A stretch of 64,000 nucleotides of DNA from Octopus vulgaris (GCA_951406725.2 OX597815.1:79980001-80044000), one strand, 5' to 3'; shown: positions 28,610 to 42,165, counted from the stretch's first letter. A program made the numbers and translations. Notes: generated from the letters alone by a model not told the origin.

Positions 28610-29007
28610 ATTATTGGTTCAAAATTTTGGAACAAGGCCAGAAATTTTAGTGGAAGGACGAGTCGATTACATTGACCTCTGTGCTCAACTGGTACTTATT
28701 TTATCGACCTTGAAAGAATGAAAGGTAAATTCGACTTCGGCGGTATTTGGATTCAGAATATATAGAGGACGAAATACCGATAAGCATTTTGCCCAGCGTG
28801 CTGACGATTCTTATTTCTTTACTACCCACAAGGGGCTAAACTCAGAGAGGACAAACAAGGACAGACAAACGGATTAAGTCGTTTATATCGACCCCAGTGC
28901 GTAACTGGTACTTATTTCATCAGAATTTGAACTCAGAACGTAACGGCAGACGAAATACGACTACGCATTTCGCCCGGCGTGCTAACGTTTCTGCCAGCTC
29001 GCCGCCT
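28610..29007 (-). mobile_element. Two adjacent/nested SINE family B-type copies
   Basis: Older copy 28610-28810 is cut at gctgacgattct by a younger copy 28811-29007 with tail tttctttactacccacaagggg. Confidence 0.8.
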
Positions 29008-29102
29008 TTTCCTTTCTATAATAATCATTAGTCAGTCTGTAAACTATTTAAGCCAATCGTCAGAGTTCTTTTCGTTATCATTCATGAGCTCATCAAAGGT
29101 AT

Positions 29103-29180
<78 letters not shown>

Positions 29181-29461
29181 CTGGATTTGCTTCAGATCTG
29201 TCTCAGTGAACGATTAATCAAGTCATCATTTATTTAATTGATTAAATGGAAGGCTGTTTGAATAATAATAACAAAAGAAATAAAAAGGAGCCAGTGCGTG
29301 TTTTTATCATTGGCATAATGATCCTCCCGAGATACAATAGAAAATATTTTCATGCTACAGATGAAAGTAAATGATAAATATTTATTTTCATAATTAAATA
29401 TTGAGTAACAATCATTTCTGTAAGACTACAAAAGCAAATAAGAACGAAAAAATACAAAGTA

Positions 29462-29727
<266 letters not shown>

Positions 29728-30048
29728 AAATAAATAAATATATAAATATAAGCAGCTACGTTTCATGCTGCACGAATTATTTGGTACCTTACACCCAGCT
29801 AAAAACTGTGGAGTTTATTGGACGAAGTGTGACATGTGGTAAACAATATACTCCCACCGTCATTTAAACCAATTCTTAAAAAATAAACAGAAACCATAAC
29901 CAACAAAATGTGCTGTCTTTGCATGACTTGCAAGCAAAAAATAAAACAAATACAAAACATTAAAACACAACAACAGCAAAGACCCATAAGTTTTTATAGG
30001 GTTCTAGATATATTGCTTTCATTTATATATTTATTTTCATCTTTCCAG

Positions 30049-30112
30049 TATGTTCTTATCGCATACAAATGAGGCTCATTTATATCTAGCAGATGTGATA
30101 TTCAACTTGATG
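30049..30112 (+). other. Candidate 64-nt host exon
   Basis: Acceptor ttattttcatctttccAG, donor atg|GTGAGT, one open frame (MFLSHTNEAHLYLADVIFNLM), lying in non-repetitive DNA. Confidence 0.35.
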
Positions 30113-30698
30113 GTGAGTTCTGTTTATTTAGCAATATCAAGTGTAGAGACAAACTTAGTCAATGAGCCAAGGAATTTGGTTTTGGTTCGTGGTGTTTAGT
30201 GCAACAAACATCACAAATCCCCACTAAGCATATAATGTGTATGTGTGTGTGTGTTAGTGTATGTGTATTGTACGCGTGTGTATGTATGTATGTATGTATG
30301 TATGTATGTATGTATGTATGTATTTATGTATATATGTCTTTATGTACGTATGTGTGAATGTATATGTATATGTAAGCACACACGCACATACAAACACATG
30401 CACACGCATACATGCACACACATATATACATTTATGTGTATGCAAATATGTATATATACATATACACAAACAGACTCGCATATGTATTAGCATATGTATT
30501 AAAACTAATATATTTTTATACATTCCTGTATATATATATAAACGCACACACACATTTGCATTCACATATGTTTAGATATATATTCGTGTGTATATGTATA
30601 TGTACATTTATGTGTGTGGGGGTGAGTGGTTGTGGGTGTGTGGTTTGTGTGGGTGTGTGTTTATGTGTATATATATATATATATATATATACATATAC

Positions 30699-30787
<89 letters not shown>

Positions 30788-31111
30788 GAGGCATTTATGC
30801 GGATAAACAAATTAGATACAATAAATATATTAAATATATTAAATATAATAGCTTGGGTATGAAATACAAAATATTTGTATATGTATACATTGAAAATAGG
30901 AAATAAGAGAAAGTAAAAGGTGGAAACTTTCAGATGATGAATTTTCAAGTATAAATATATAGATATTTATATTAAAAGGTCCAACTTACACAGAGTACAA
31001 ATGACAGAGAAAATTAAAGGGGTGGCAGAAAGGTTTCATAAGTCCAACAGCTGTTTCTGGGTGCTCGGAGATCAATAATAGTAGTTCATCTCAATATGTG
31101 GCCGTATGGAT

Positions 31112-31321
31112 GCGGCGAGCTGGCAAAAACGTTAGCACACCTCAAGAAATGCTTAGCGGTACTTCGTCTGTCTTTACGTTCTGAGTTCAAATTCCACCGA
31201 GGTCGACTTTGCTTTCATCTTTTCGGGGTAGATACATCAAGTACCAGTTGCATACTATGGTCGATCTAATCGACTGGCCCCCTCCCCCAAAATTTCGGAC
31301 CTTGTGCCTAGAGGAGAAAAG
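31112..31321 (+). mobile_element. SINE family B with degenerate TSD (aatatg..gccgtatggat)
   Basis: Family B head, body and tail; flanking direct repeat at ~31092 and ~31322. Confidence 0.88.
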
Positions 31322-31441
31322 AATATGCAGCCGTATGGATACAGTTAACATTGGATAAGACGAGCCTCCGTCATCAGGGTAGAGATCTATTTCAGATCTG
31401 AATGTGGACATATATTTGTATACATAATACTATAATACATA

Positions 31442-31866
31442 TATGAGGGCGTACTCAAAAAGAAACCAGAATTTTGTAATATTTTATTCACTTAGTTTTT
31501 CACGCGTTTACGCTTTTATCGCCTTCAAAGCACTCTCCAGTTGAAGCAATGCATCGGTCCAGACACATTTTTCGCTGTTTGAAGCAGTGTTGGAACTCTT
31601 GCGAAGTGATGACTTTTAACGCCTTCATCGTTTTTTCTTCACCTCTTCCACATCGGCAAATTCAGTAGCACCAGCTTTCGTCACCAGTGATGACCTTCGA
31701 AAAAAGGTGCGCATCAACTTCCAACTGTTCTTTCAGTTCACGACACGCATTCATTCGAGACTGCTTCTGATCTTCCGTGAGCAAGCGAGGTACTAATTTT
31801 TCTGTAACTCTTTTCATTCGCAATTGTTCACTGAAAATTGGATGGTAGAAGCTCCAGGACACACCA

Positions 31867-31923
<57 letters not shown>

Positions 31924-32315
31924 ACAAATTCGTCAAGTGTTCGGTGACGGTCCTCCAAGACCAGTTCATGCATTTTCATATTTTCATTCAACGAGGTTGG
32001 TCCTCAAGCGACAAATGACCATTCCTAAAGCGTGGAAACCACTCACAAACTAGTGTTTGGTTCATAGCATGTAAGCTGCTTGAAGCATGACAACTGTTTC
32101 GACTACCGTTTTCGCCAGCAGTAAACAGAATTTTACGGAAGCACGTTGTTCCTTCGTTTCAGCCATCGCAAAAATCGACGAAGATGTGAGAAGCACTGCA
32201 AAAAAAAGACGCACCACGTGGTGCCTGACGGTCGTATCAAGTGGCGGAAACCTGAACTACAACGAGCTTGTTTCACAGAGAGCGTTTCCAGTTACTTCTT
32301 GGATACCCCCTCGTA
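31442..32315 (-). mobile_element. Internally deleted mariner with both TIRs; (TA)n expanded inside the ORF
   Basis: LVLEDRHRTLDE..KLVPRLLTEDQKQSR..VITGDESWCY fused to the C-terminal FADVEEVK..RCIASTGECFEGD. Ends tatgagggcgtactcaaaaag and cttcttggataccccctcgta. Confidence 0.92.
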
Positions 32316-32327
32316 TGCATTTATATG

Positions 32328-32391
<64 letters not shown>

Positions 32392-32505
32392 AGTAGGTGA
32401 ATAAATTATCCTATGTTTATCGTCAGCATGGAAAATTCGAAACATATGTCGAGAGTAAATGAATTTTGTTAACATCTTCGTTCGACTCCATTCTTTCATT
32501 TATTC

Positions 32506-32620
<115 letters not shown>

Positions 32621-32774
32621 TATGCATGTGTATATGGATACATGTCGATATTTATGTGTTTTCAGTTACATACACGAATGTATATATCTGCCTGTATATG
32701 TATGCACAATACACATACACACAGGCAGATAGACACACACACACACACACACATATATATATTTCGTTTTAATT

Positions 32775-32965
32775 CTTTTATACTCTTGGTTCAGTCATTT
32801 GACTGCGACCATGCTGGAGCACCGCCTTTAGTCGAACAAATCAACTTTAGAACTTACTCTTTGTAAGCCTAGTACTTATTGCATCGGTCTCTTTTGCCGA
32901 ACGTAAACACATCGACATTGGTTGTCAAGTGATGGTGGGGGTGGACAAACACAAACACACAAACA
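32775..32965 (-). mobile_element. SINE family A, 3' half
   Basis: cagtcatttgactgcgaccatgctggagcaccgcc. Confidence 0.85.
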
Positions 32966-32967
32966 TA

Positions 32968-33042
<75 letters not shown>

Positions 33043-33574
33043 ATGTGTACGTGTACATGTATATATAGTCAACAGATGAGATCCAGAGATTCTCAGTATA
33101 GAAGACTGAATTTCTTTGCATTATGATTTGAAATGTAATATCATTTCTACCCTGATGACGGATGTTCGATTTATCTGATGTTGATTGCTTCCATTACGGC
33201 CGCATATTGTGATAAACAACATCTACCAACCTTATGATGGATCCCCGTGCCCCCAGAAACAACAGTTTTACTTATAACACCTTTCTTCCTCCCCTTTAAT
33301 TTTCTCTGTCACTTGTACTCTGTGTAATTTGGATCTATTAATATAAATACCTCTATATTTATACTCGAATATTCTTCGTCTGAAAGACTCTAGGAAGGGG
33401 ATTCCACATTAAGTTGGCACATTAAGTTAGCAACAAACCATCACTTTATCGTGCTGTTCCTGCATAAAACTCTGAGAGATTTGGAAATGCAATATTTCTA
33501 AGTTTGTAGATCAGTGAATTTATTTCATTTAAAATTCCATAAGTTTTCAACAGCGATTTAGCAAAGCCAAGCTA

Positions 33575-33789
33575 CTCCAGACTGGTGAAGAGCAACTACC
33601 CCGAAACTAATCTCTGTCTGCTGGTTTTGTTGGACGGAGGTGCTTATCTCCGCTGTTTGAAAACTTAAGGACCCAGAACGCTTGTGTCATTTAGCCAACT
33701 AGAAACGGTGTTTCTTGGGGCTAAATAGTAGTAGCATTCTTCCCTTTCCTGGGACTGTCACATTAAGTTGGCAACAAACCATCACTTTA
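33575..33789 (+). mobile_element. ~210-bp interspersed repeat (PLE pLTR-like); inverted partner at 35738-35950
   Basis: aaaacttaaggac.cagaacgcttgtgtc..tagccaactagaaacggtgtttcttggggctaaatag present in both orientations. Confidence 0.75.
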
Positions 33790-33821
33790 TATATATATAT
33801 ATATAAATATATATATATAAA

Positions 33822-33949
33822 ATTAATCAAAGGACATACTAAGTATGTCTACCTGCTTGAAATAACAGTCAAAACTCTTATCAAATCGCCAAAGAGTTTT
33901 GACTGTTATTTCCAGCAGGTAGACGTACTTAGTATGTCCTTTGATTAAT
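33822..33949. repeat. 58-bp inverted repeat (2 mismatches) with 12-nt loop
   Basis: 33822-33879 versus reverse complement of 33892-33949. Confidence 0.95.
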
Positions 33950-34081
33950 GTTAACCACTCGGCTATTTAATGCTATTTTGGGGCCTTCTATCTCCTGTGT
34001 CATTGATTCTGTTATTATCATTTTTAAAATAGTTACATTGGATAATAATAGAATTAGTGACACCTTCGAAAATTAATTTTT

Positions 34082-34130
<49 letters not shown>

Positions 34131-35371
34131 GTGTGTGTATGTGGTGTGTGTGTGTGTGTGTGTAGCTTATCGTGTATTGATAGGTGTACCATGTTGCCAG
34201 TGCATGTAGCGCTATACAACTTAACGGACCATTTTTAATCCTTAATCATAAACAGTTATAAGCCACTAATTCCCCCCCCCCCCGACAAAAGACATGCATT
34301 CTTTCCCTGTTGTAGATCTAAAGACGCTATGAACTACTCATATCAATTTCAATTTTTTTCTGCCCATAAACTGATGAAGACTTCTTTGTAGCCATTTTCG
34401 TTTAATCTAGTGTATATACTTCCCCGTTACGTGTGCTCTTGTCTTGAAACAAGAAATGAATATAATTTTGATATACATTAGTGGTCAATATGTTACATCT
34501 AAACTTTTGTTCAGTCTTCTTTGTTATCAATAAATTTATAAAAATAAGTGCGAAATCTAATTTAAGGAACTATAAATAGATGTTCTTGACTTGAAGTCAA
34601 TGCCGATAGTAAACATAGCCAAAAGTGTGTAATTTGACAAATGCCTGCTGTCTTCGTTGCTCTGTGACGTGCGTGGATGAGAAATAAAACTGTTCCTTGA
34701 TAGAAAAAACTAACCTATCAAGCGAGAGCAATTGAACCCAATATTGAACACCAACAAATTCCTTTTACAGTAGCAAATTTACAATCCACTACTATTCATT
34801 ATAGCAAGTAGATTCAGCCTCTGAGAATTAAGTGACTTCCTTCTTGACATATTACATCATCAACAAAGTTATCTGCTGTCACAAGAGAGATGTAAAGGAA
34901 CAATTATTTTTTCAATATGCTGAAAGTCTAATAACGACAAAAATCATTACCGCTAATCCTATATACGCTATTGAGATTTTTTATTATGGTTATTCGATCT
35001 GACGGGAATTTGTCACCTTATTTTATTAATAATATAAAATTATTCCCTGAAAAAAAAATGAAGTGAATTAGTTACTGCTGGAAAAACTTTTGATCATTGG
35101 TTTACTTTATCTAGGCTAACTTTAGTCTAAACATTAACAACAATAAAAACATCAATAATTAATAACAGATCAATTCGATCATATTAACTAGGAGAGTCTG
35201 TTTTGGACTTGGGACATAGGTGGATCTGAAACCAAAACTGCAAACGATTGATTCATACATTGATTACACATTACTTGTTAATTTCGTATTAATCTAGAGC
35301 TTAACGGATTGTACGAACGTCAACAACTACATTGCGTCTATGTCGTTATACTCCGATGATTTTATACTCAT

Positions 35372-35610
35372 ATACTCTTTTAATAGTTTCACTTGTTTCA
35401 GTCATTTGACTGTGGCCATGCTGGAGCACCGCCTATAGTCTAACAAATCGACCCCAGAACTTATTCTTTGTAAGCCTAGTACTTATTCTATCGGTCTCTT
35501 TTGCCGAACCGCTAAGTTATGGGAACGTAAACACACCAGCATCGGTTGTCAAGAGATGGGGGGGGGGGACAAACACAGACACACAAACATATACACACAC
35601 ATACACACAT
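35372..35610 (-). mobile_element. SINE family A, 3' half
   Basis: Match to family tail and body. Confidence 0.85.
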
Positions 35611-35628
35611 AAATAAATAAATAAATAA

Positions 35629-35674
<46 letters not shown>

Positions 35675-35676
<2 letters not shown>

Positions 35677-35950
35677 GGCATTACTTCACGTAAATGCCTC
35701 ACGCTATTAGGGATTCTTTACGTCAAAACTGCTCTAAAGTAAAGTGGTGGTTGTTGCCAACTTAATGTGTTAGTCCCAGAAAAGGGAAGAATGCTACTGC
35801 TATTTAGCCCCAAGAAACACCGTTTCTAGTTGGCTACACGACACAAGCGTTCTGTGTCCTTAAGTTTTCAGACAGGGGAGATAAGCACTTCCACCCAATA
35901 AAGCTAGTATCCAAACACTAGTGTCAGGGTAATTGCCTTTCATCAGCTGA
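35675..35950 (-). mobile_element. PLE pLTR-like repeat, inverted copy of 33575-33789
   Basis: Sequence similarity as above; minus strand carries CTGATGA at its 5' end. Confidence 0.7.
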
Positions 35951-36149
35951 ATTTTTTATTACAACCATAAAGGTCAACACATAGATGGGAAAGCACAGGA
36001 CAACATACAAAACATGTTATGATGCGTTCGAATGATACCTATTATTTAAAAATATTGATGATATTATAAAATGAATAGTCTTTTTCTTATGAGTAAGGGA
36101 TATACCATGTTGCTATCTCCTTCTTTTTATTTCTCCTTTTTCCCAATGC

Positions 36150-37338
36150 CGATTAAGCAGGGTCCCTTGCACCCACCTTTCTTAATACAGCTTGTCATCT
36201 TTCCTCAAACACACTTCTCGACAGGATCCTCTTCTCCAGCCCTATCTTGCTCTTCAGATGATATCTGAAGTATTGTAGTAAACCAGGGTCAGAGATGAAG
36301 GACCCCGCCACGAATCCTTGTATCCTAGTTTTCCACACACATTATTTCAGTACTGCAACTGTACAGAAAAAAACATACCTCACTTTCCTTCGAGATTCCA
36401 GTTGGCGATACAATCTTTATTATACATTCAGCCGATAGCTGAACTCTTCCCAGATGCGACAACACGTGTTCGACGTAAATTATCAAGCCTGACAACTCCC
36501 GACAATGTATAAAAGCGTGCTGGATGGTTTCATCGTCCAGCCCACATCTTGGACATGTCGTTGGCACCGACATTCCGTGCCTGGATAACTTATCTCGAAC
36601 AGGTAAAGCGTTACTGTAACACTGCCAGGTCAGGGATTTTGGTTATTATCCAAATAACCTGACCTAAAATAACCTGTCATTCAGTCAGATTACGTCCTTT
36701 AAAGAAACCGGGTTTAAAACGTTTCAAGCTGGCTGGTCGCGGAAAGAATTCTCTGCCAGCGGATTCCACACCTTATCATCCTCCAGGTAACGCCAGAGAT
36801 GCCTCAGCCTCAACGCATGTCTGCGCATCATTAGCCAGGTCATCCCTAACCCACCCTTTAGCGATTCCTGACAGCAAGCGGAGCGCCTCACAAGCGGCTT
36901 TCCTCCCTTCCACAAGAAGCGTAAAAGGAGGCGCTCCAACTTGTTAAGCCTCGAATCAGGGCAAGGGACAACGGTCAAGCGTTAGGTGATGACAGATGCA
37001 ATAAACACCTGTACTACCTCCACCCTTTCTATCAAGGACAGAGCCCTTCCGGACCAAGTCCGTACTATCGCTTCCACCTTGACTGTCACATCGCTCCAAT
37101 TCTTCTCCGTCTGGGAGTCCTGTCCAAACCAAACTCCAAGCAACTTAACAGGACCATCTGTCCAGTGCCCCTCGACACTGGACTATATCGACTTGCTCCT
37201 CCAGGTGCCGAGGCGCGAGCCGATGGACTTGTTCTTGTTAACTTTTGCCCCTGCCACCGCCTCGTGTCCTCTGATAGCCTCCTCTATACGAGGTAGCTGA
37301 GCCTCATAGGACACGATGATGGGGACGTTATCCGCGTA
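36150..37338 (-). mobile_element. 5'-truncated Tx1/L1-clade LINE ORF2 relic (RT C-terminus, thumb, zinc knuckle)
   Basis: YADNV (YADD-like), GAKVNKNKS, VKLLGVWFG, RFLWKGGKPLVRR..KGGLGM, CPRCGLDDETIQHAFIHC. Confidence 0.92.
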
Positions 37339-37371
<33 letters not shown>

Positions 37372-38006
37372 TGTATGTATGTATGTATGTTTGTAAGTAT
37401 GTATGTGTGTGTGTGTGTGTGTGTGTATTATCACAAATGGGATGAGGCTCACTACAGCTGTTTCAGACGTGTTTTTTTATTGATGAACCAATCAATTACA
37501 TCATGTAAAAAAAAAGCGTTTTCTTGAGATTAAATTTAGCAAGAATTTTGTTCACACAAAGAGAATGGATATTGAAGCTCGTCTCGATGCCAAGTGGAAC
37601 CTTCCCTGTGTTAAATCTTGAGCTTAAAGTGGACAGTGGACAGTGGACTGCATACCGGAGTGTGTGGTTTTAGTATACGTCGAGCATACGTATACGTAAC
37701 TGGAAGAACCAATCCGTATATGCCGTAGCAAACACGTGAGTGCCTGTACACACTGTTGATAGACAGATTTGCTGTCATCGGCTCTACATTTGTGTCCTTG
37801 TTATCAAAATTCATTGATCATATTGGATCTTACAAATAATTACACACACACAGACACACACACACACAATTCTGCCTGCACTCTTTCATATATCTTGAGT
37901 AATATTTCGATTTAATGTAAGATTGTTTTTATTGTAACATAAAAAAACAAACATTATTTACATTATTTACATTTGAGGGATATTTGTCCTCATCTTGTTT
38001 GTTGTT

Positions 38007-38052
38007 AACACAACGTTTCGGCTGATATACCTTCCAGCCTTCATCAGGTGTC
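38007..38052 (-). ncRNA. Minimal type I hammerhead ribozyme in a Penelope-like terminal repeat
   Basis: Minus strand: gacac-CTGATGA-a-ggctg-gaaggtatat-cagcc-GAAA-cg-TT-gtgtt; stems I and II pair, stem III is the palindrome ACGT. Confidence 0.75.
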
Positions 38053-38101
38053 TTGGGCGAAATTCCGAGTCTGGGTTCTCTTTCCTAAGGTATATTTCGA
38101 T

Positions 38102-38297
<196 letters not shown>

Positions 38298-38482
38298 TGT
38301 TTTTTCCTTCTTTCTTCAAACTTTCTTCCGTTTCTCGCCGAGTGTTTTCCATACACCTAGGGCAGAGAAGCTCATTGTATGAATTCCCAGATTACACACG
38401 TAAATTCACAGATAAAATATGTATTTAAAAATTAATAAATAAATAAATTCATGGATGGATGTTGTTTTCACAGCGATAATGC

Positions 38483-38542
<60 letters not shown>

Positions 38543-38600
38543 TCACTGCCTGGAATCGAACTCGGAATCTTGGGGTTAGTAGCCCGCGCTCTTAACCACT
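38483..38600 (-). mobile_element. Short tRNA-derived retroposon with (AAT)n tail
   Basis: Reverse reads agtggttaagagcgcgggctactaaccccaagattccgagttcgattccaggc (A box, anticodon-like arm, B box), then (AAT)n. Confidence 0.75.
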
Positions 38601-39288
38601 TGTTACTCGACAAATTTCCCTTAGATAACAACTTGCTCTCTGAAAACGGAAGGACTCATTTCATAATATAAAAATGTATATATACGACCAAAAATTTATG
38701 GCGTGGTGGCTACTATAACCTTTAAAACTAAATTCGTTCGCTCACGACTGACTTAGTATTAAGCAATAACGTGCACACAAATTGAGCAGTTTTGCAAAAG
38801 AAAATTTCCCTCTTAGTTATGAAAGGAGTGCCCATGACATTTAATAGTGCTTCCAAGATTGATGGGATGGAAAGTGAAATTCATCCTCAAACTCGAGACC
38901 TAGCTCCAATGCTTACAACAGAATGGATTCTTCTCAAGATTCCCAAGAAACAAACGGGGTATTAAACCGGGCCGCCACCAACGTGAGCTACTGCGGTATT
39001 TGAAACCAGAACACCAGGAACCGAAATAAATATCGCGAGAAATCTGGTCCCCTAATACATCACCCTAATTCGTACTTCTTCATCGACCTTCATAAGGATA
39101 AAAGGCAAAGTTCACTTCGGCAGGATTTGAACTTAGATCGAAGAGAGTCAGAAAAAATGTCGCAAGACATTATATTTAACAATCTAATTAATAAGCTAAT
39201 TCGTATACGAAATAATTCCGCTGAGGAAACGAAACAAAAAGATCAAAGTTTTGTGTTGCAAACCAACCACCAAAGGAAAGCATCATCT

Positions 39289-39520
39289 ATTTCTTTACTA
39301 CCCACAAGGGGCTAAACACAGAGAGGACAAACAAGGACAGACAAACGGGTTAAGTCGATTATATTGACACCAGTGCGTAACTGGTACTTATTTAATCGAC
39401 CCCGAAAGGATGAAAGGCAAAGTCGACCTCGGCGGAATTTGAACTCGAAACGTAACGACAGACGAAATACGGCTACGCATTTCACCCGGCGTGCTAACGT
39501 TTCTGCCAGCTCGCCGCCAT
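39289..39520 (-). mobile_element. Full SINE family B with perfect 17-bp TSD
   Basis: aaaggaaagcatcatct at 39272-39288 and 39521-39537. Confidence 0.93.
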
Positions 39521-40199
39521 AAAGGAAAGCATCATCTGTTGAATAGAAGAGCCTCAGAAACAATCAAATAATTACAATTATTTCTAATTCAGGTACATGA
39601 CCAGCAATTTTTAGGGTGTAATTAGTCGATATCACTGACCCCATGACTTAAGTAATACTTTATTTTACATACTCGTAAGGTTGAAAGGCTATGTTGTTCT
39701 CATTAGGTTTTGGATTTAGCACGAAAAGAGGATAGAGAAAGGGAACGAACTATTTTTTCCGACGCTCTACGATTCTGCCAAACTACCGCTTTCTTCCAGT
39801 TCTTGACGTTCTGTGTTCAATATTAACTGGGGTTAACTTTAACTTTCATACTTCCAGGGTGGAAAAAATAAAGTACCAGATACACTCTTGATTCTTTATG
39901 TGCTCGTTGTGGTTGAGTGGAACAAACACTAGGGTTAAAATCTGCAATTTTAATATAGGGCCACATGAAAACAGTCGTGCATACACATATCAAATATGGT
40001 TAGAATTACGAAAGCATATATTCTAGGAAAAGAGTGTTTATAACTGTGCTTAAACCCAGAAAGATGGAAGAGAAAGTCGATCAAAGTAATGTTGAGATTT
40101 AAAATGTTCAATACTGCATGCGGTTAAAAATGTATTTAACTCAACTCTGAGGAGGTTGAATTCACGTCTGTCTGTTGACATCCCAAATTTCTGTGTAAG

Positions 40200-40877
40200 T
40201 ACTATAAAACATTAACCTGCTAAACAATTCTGTCTATTTATAGTCCTTCTGCGAATTCTGCAAATTCACATCAACCTATGTAGAACAAAGTAAGGAAACG
40301 GGATAAGACTTGTATATATGTACGAAGGACTAATAAGGTATTACTTTTACGAAGTGGCCAGAATAAGTGAGAAGGTTCTGTTCATAATTTGCAAGAGGAC
40401 ATACTATATAATGGTGACAAAAACGGGAAGCTTAAAGGGCATACTGAAAGTGAGCAATCAAATAATTAAGCAGATATCATCCTTCAACTACCTTGGAACT
40501 TTGTTCATAAAAGAAAGCAAGGTGTGTGAAGGAAATTAAATGACAAATAATGCTAGCGAAACCTTTATTCTCAAAATTGTATAACAACTTGAGAAATAAT
40601 AGTCTGAGCATCAAGACCAATATTTGTATATTGAACTGTTCTGTCTATAGGCGTAGGAGTGACTGTGTGGTAAGTAGCTGTTCTATCTATAGAACAGTTC
40701 TATCTATAGGCGTAGGAGTGATTGTGAATTAAGTAGCTTGCATATGAACCACATGGTTCCGGGTTCAGTCCCACTGCGTGGCACCTTTGGCAAGTGCCTT
40801 CTACTATAGCCTCGGGTTGACCAAAGCCTTGTGAGTAGATTTGGTAGAAGGAAACTGAAAGAAGACCGTCAATAAAA

Positions 40878-40939
<62 letters not shown>

Positions 40940-41490
40940 ATATGTTTGTGTGTCTGTGCTTGTCACACAACATCGCTTGACAACCGATCCTGGTGTGTTT
41001 ACGTCCCTGCGACTTAGTGGTTCGGCAAAAAAGAGACCGATAGACTAAGTACCAGGCTTATAAAGAATAAGGCCTGGGGTCGATTTGCTCGACTAAAAGG
41101 CAATGCTCCAGCATGGCTACAGTCAAATGACTGAAGCAAGTAAAAGAGAGTTTACCCTGTATTAATGTATGGAAGTGAGGCTTGATCAATATCATCAGAA
41201 ATGAGAAGGTGCTTGGATAGCTGTGAAATGCTGCTCTTAAAGAGAATATTGAGGATTGCATGGACAAAATGTCTAATGAAGCAGTGATGAGCCGGGCTGC
41301 GGTACATGGGAAACTGCTACGAGGTCAAGCAACTGAGATTTCTTTGTCATGTGACGAGGAAAGAGGGCCTTGACGAACGGATTAGCAGAAAGAGGAATTA
41401 AACATCAGGAATTGGAACCGTTACAGAAAACATAGAACAAGGAATTGTGGCAGGACATGATCGCACATTTCCTGCATTCTATACATTCCC
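40200..41490 (+). mobile_element. Decayed RTE-clade LINE 3' part, interrupted by a SINE
   Basis: IKQISSFNYLGT..MLAKPLFSKL..LSIKTNICILNCSVY, then after the SINE PVLMYGSEA*..EMLLLKRILRIAWT..SNEAV; ends in (GAA)n. Confidence 0.8.
40646..41150 (+). mobile_element. SINE family A with duplicated head
   Basis: tataggcgtaggagtga twice (40646, 40705), then full body and tail. Confidence 0.9.
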
Positions 41491-41680
41491 AAGAAGAAGA
41501 AGAAGGAGAAGAAGAAGAAGAAGAAGAAGAAGAAGAAGAAGAAGAAGAAGAAGAAGAAGAAGAAGAAGAAGAAGAAGAAGAAGAAGAAGAAGAAGAAGAA
41601 GAAGAAGAAGAAGAAGAAGAAGAAGAAGAAGAAGAAGAAGAAGAAGAAGAAGGAGAAGAAGGAGAAGAAGGAGAAGAAGA
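41491..41680. repeat. (GAA)n array, ~190 bp
   Basis: Direct. Confidence 0.95.
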
Positions 41681-41899
41681 CTACACAGCACTCTAAGTAC
41701 TGCGATGGTTCTAAGTAAAATATCGATTTGCTTTGTCTTGGTAGCAAAATAATTTGTCAAATGCAGCAGATCTACAATATTAAATTTCATAAAATTTTGT
41801 CACCGCTCTACCTCCACCGTCACTACCACCTGGAGTAGGTGGCCTAAATTATGTCTGAACTTTAAAAGCATGTAGGCCATTCATCAATATTATCACTAC

Positions 41900-42068
41900 A
41901 TCTGCTAAAACTAGCAGCCAAATCTCCCTGAAATTAAAACCCATCCTCTTAGAAAAGAAACTCGATAAAGTACTTCTAAATAAAGCCAAAGCATAGATGG
42001 TTACGGTTGGATAGCATTTTGGTCAGAGGTCTGCTCGGACATGGCTGACTGGAGCCTAAACAACAACG
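41900..42068 (-). mobile_element. Old interspersed repeat family C (gggagatttggctgctatttctagcagg motif)
   Basis: Motif recurs at ~11232, ~46456 and within the 33822 hairpin. Confidence 0.55.
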
Positions 42069-42079
42069 ACAGGGCTTTA

Positions 42080-42165
<86 letters not shown>

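Noticed and set aside
34369-34390. Isolated CTGATGA boxes (also 33152, 45180)
   Set aside because: No paired stem II followed by GAAA
38540-38600. tRNA gene with ACT anticodon
   Set aside because: 5' acceptor strand missing and followed by an (AAT)n tail; treated as a retroposon
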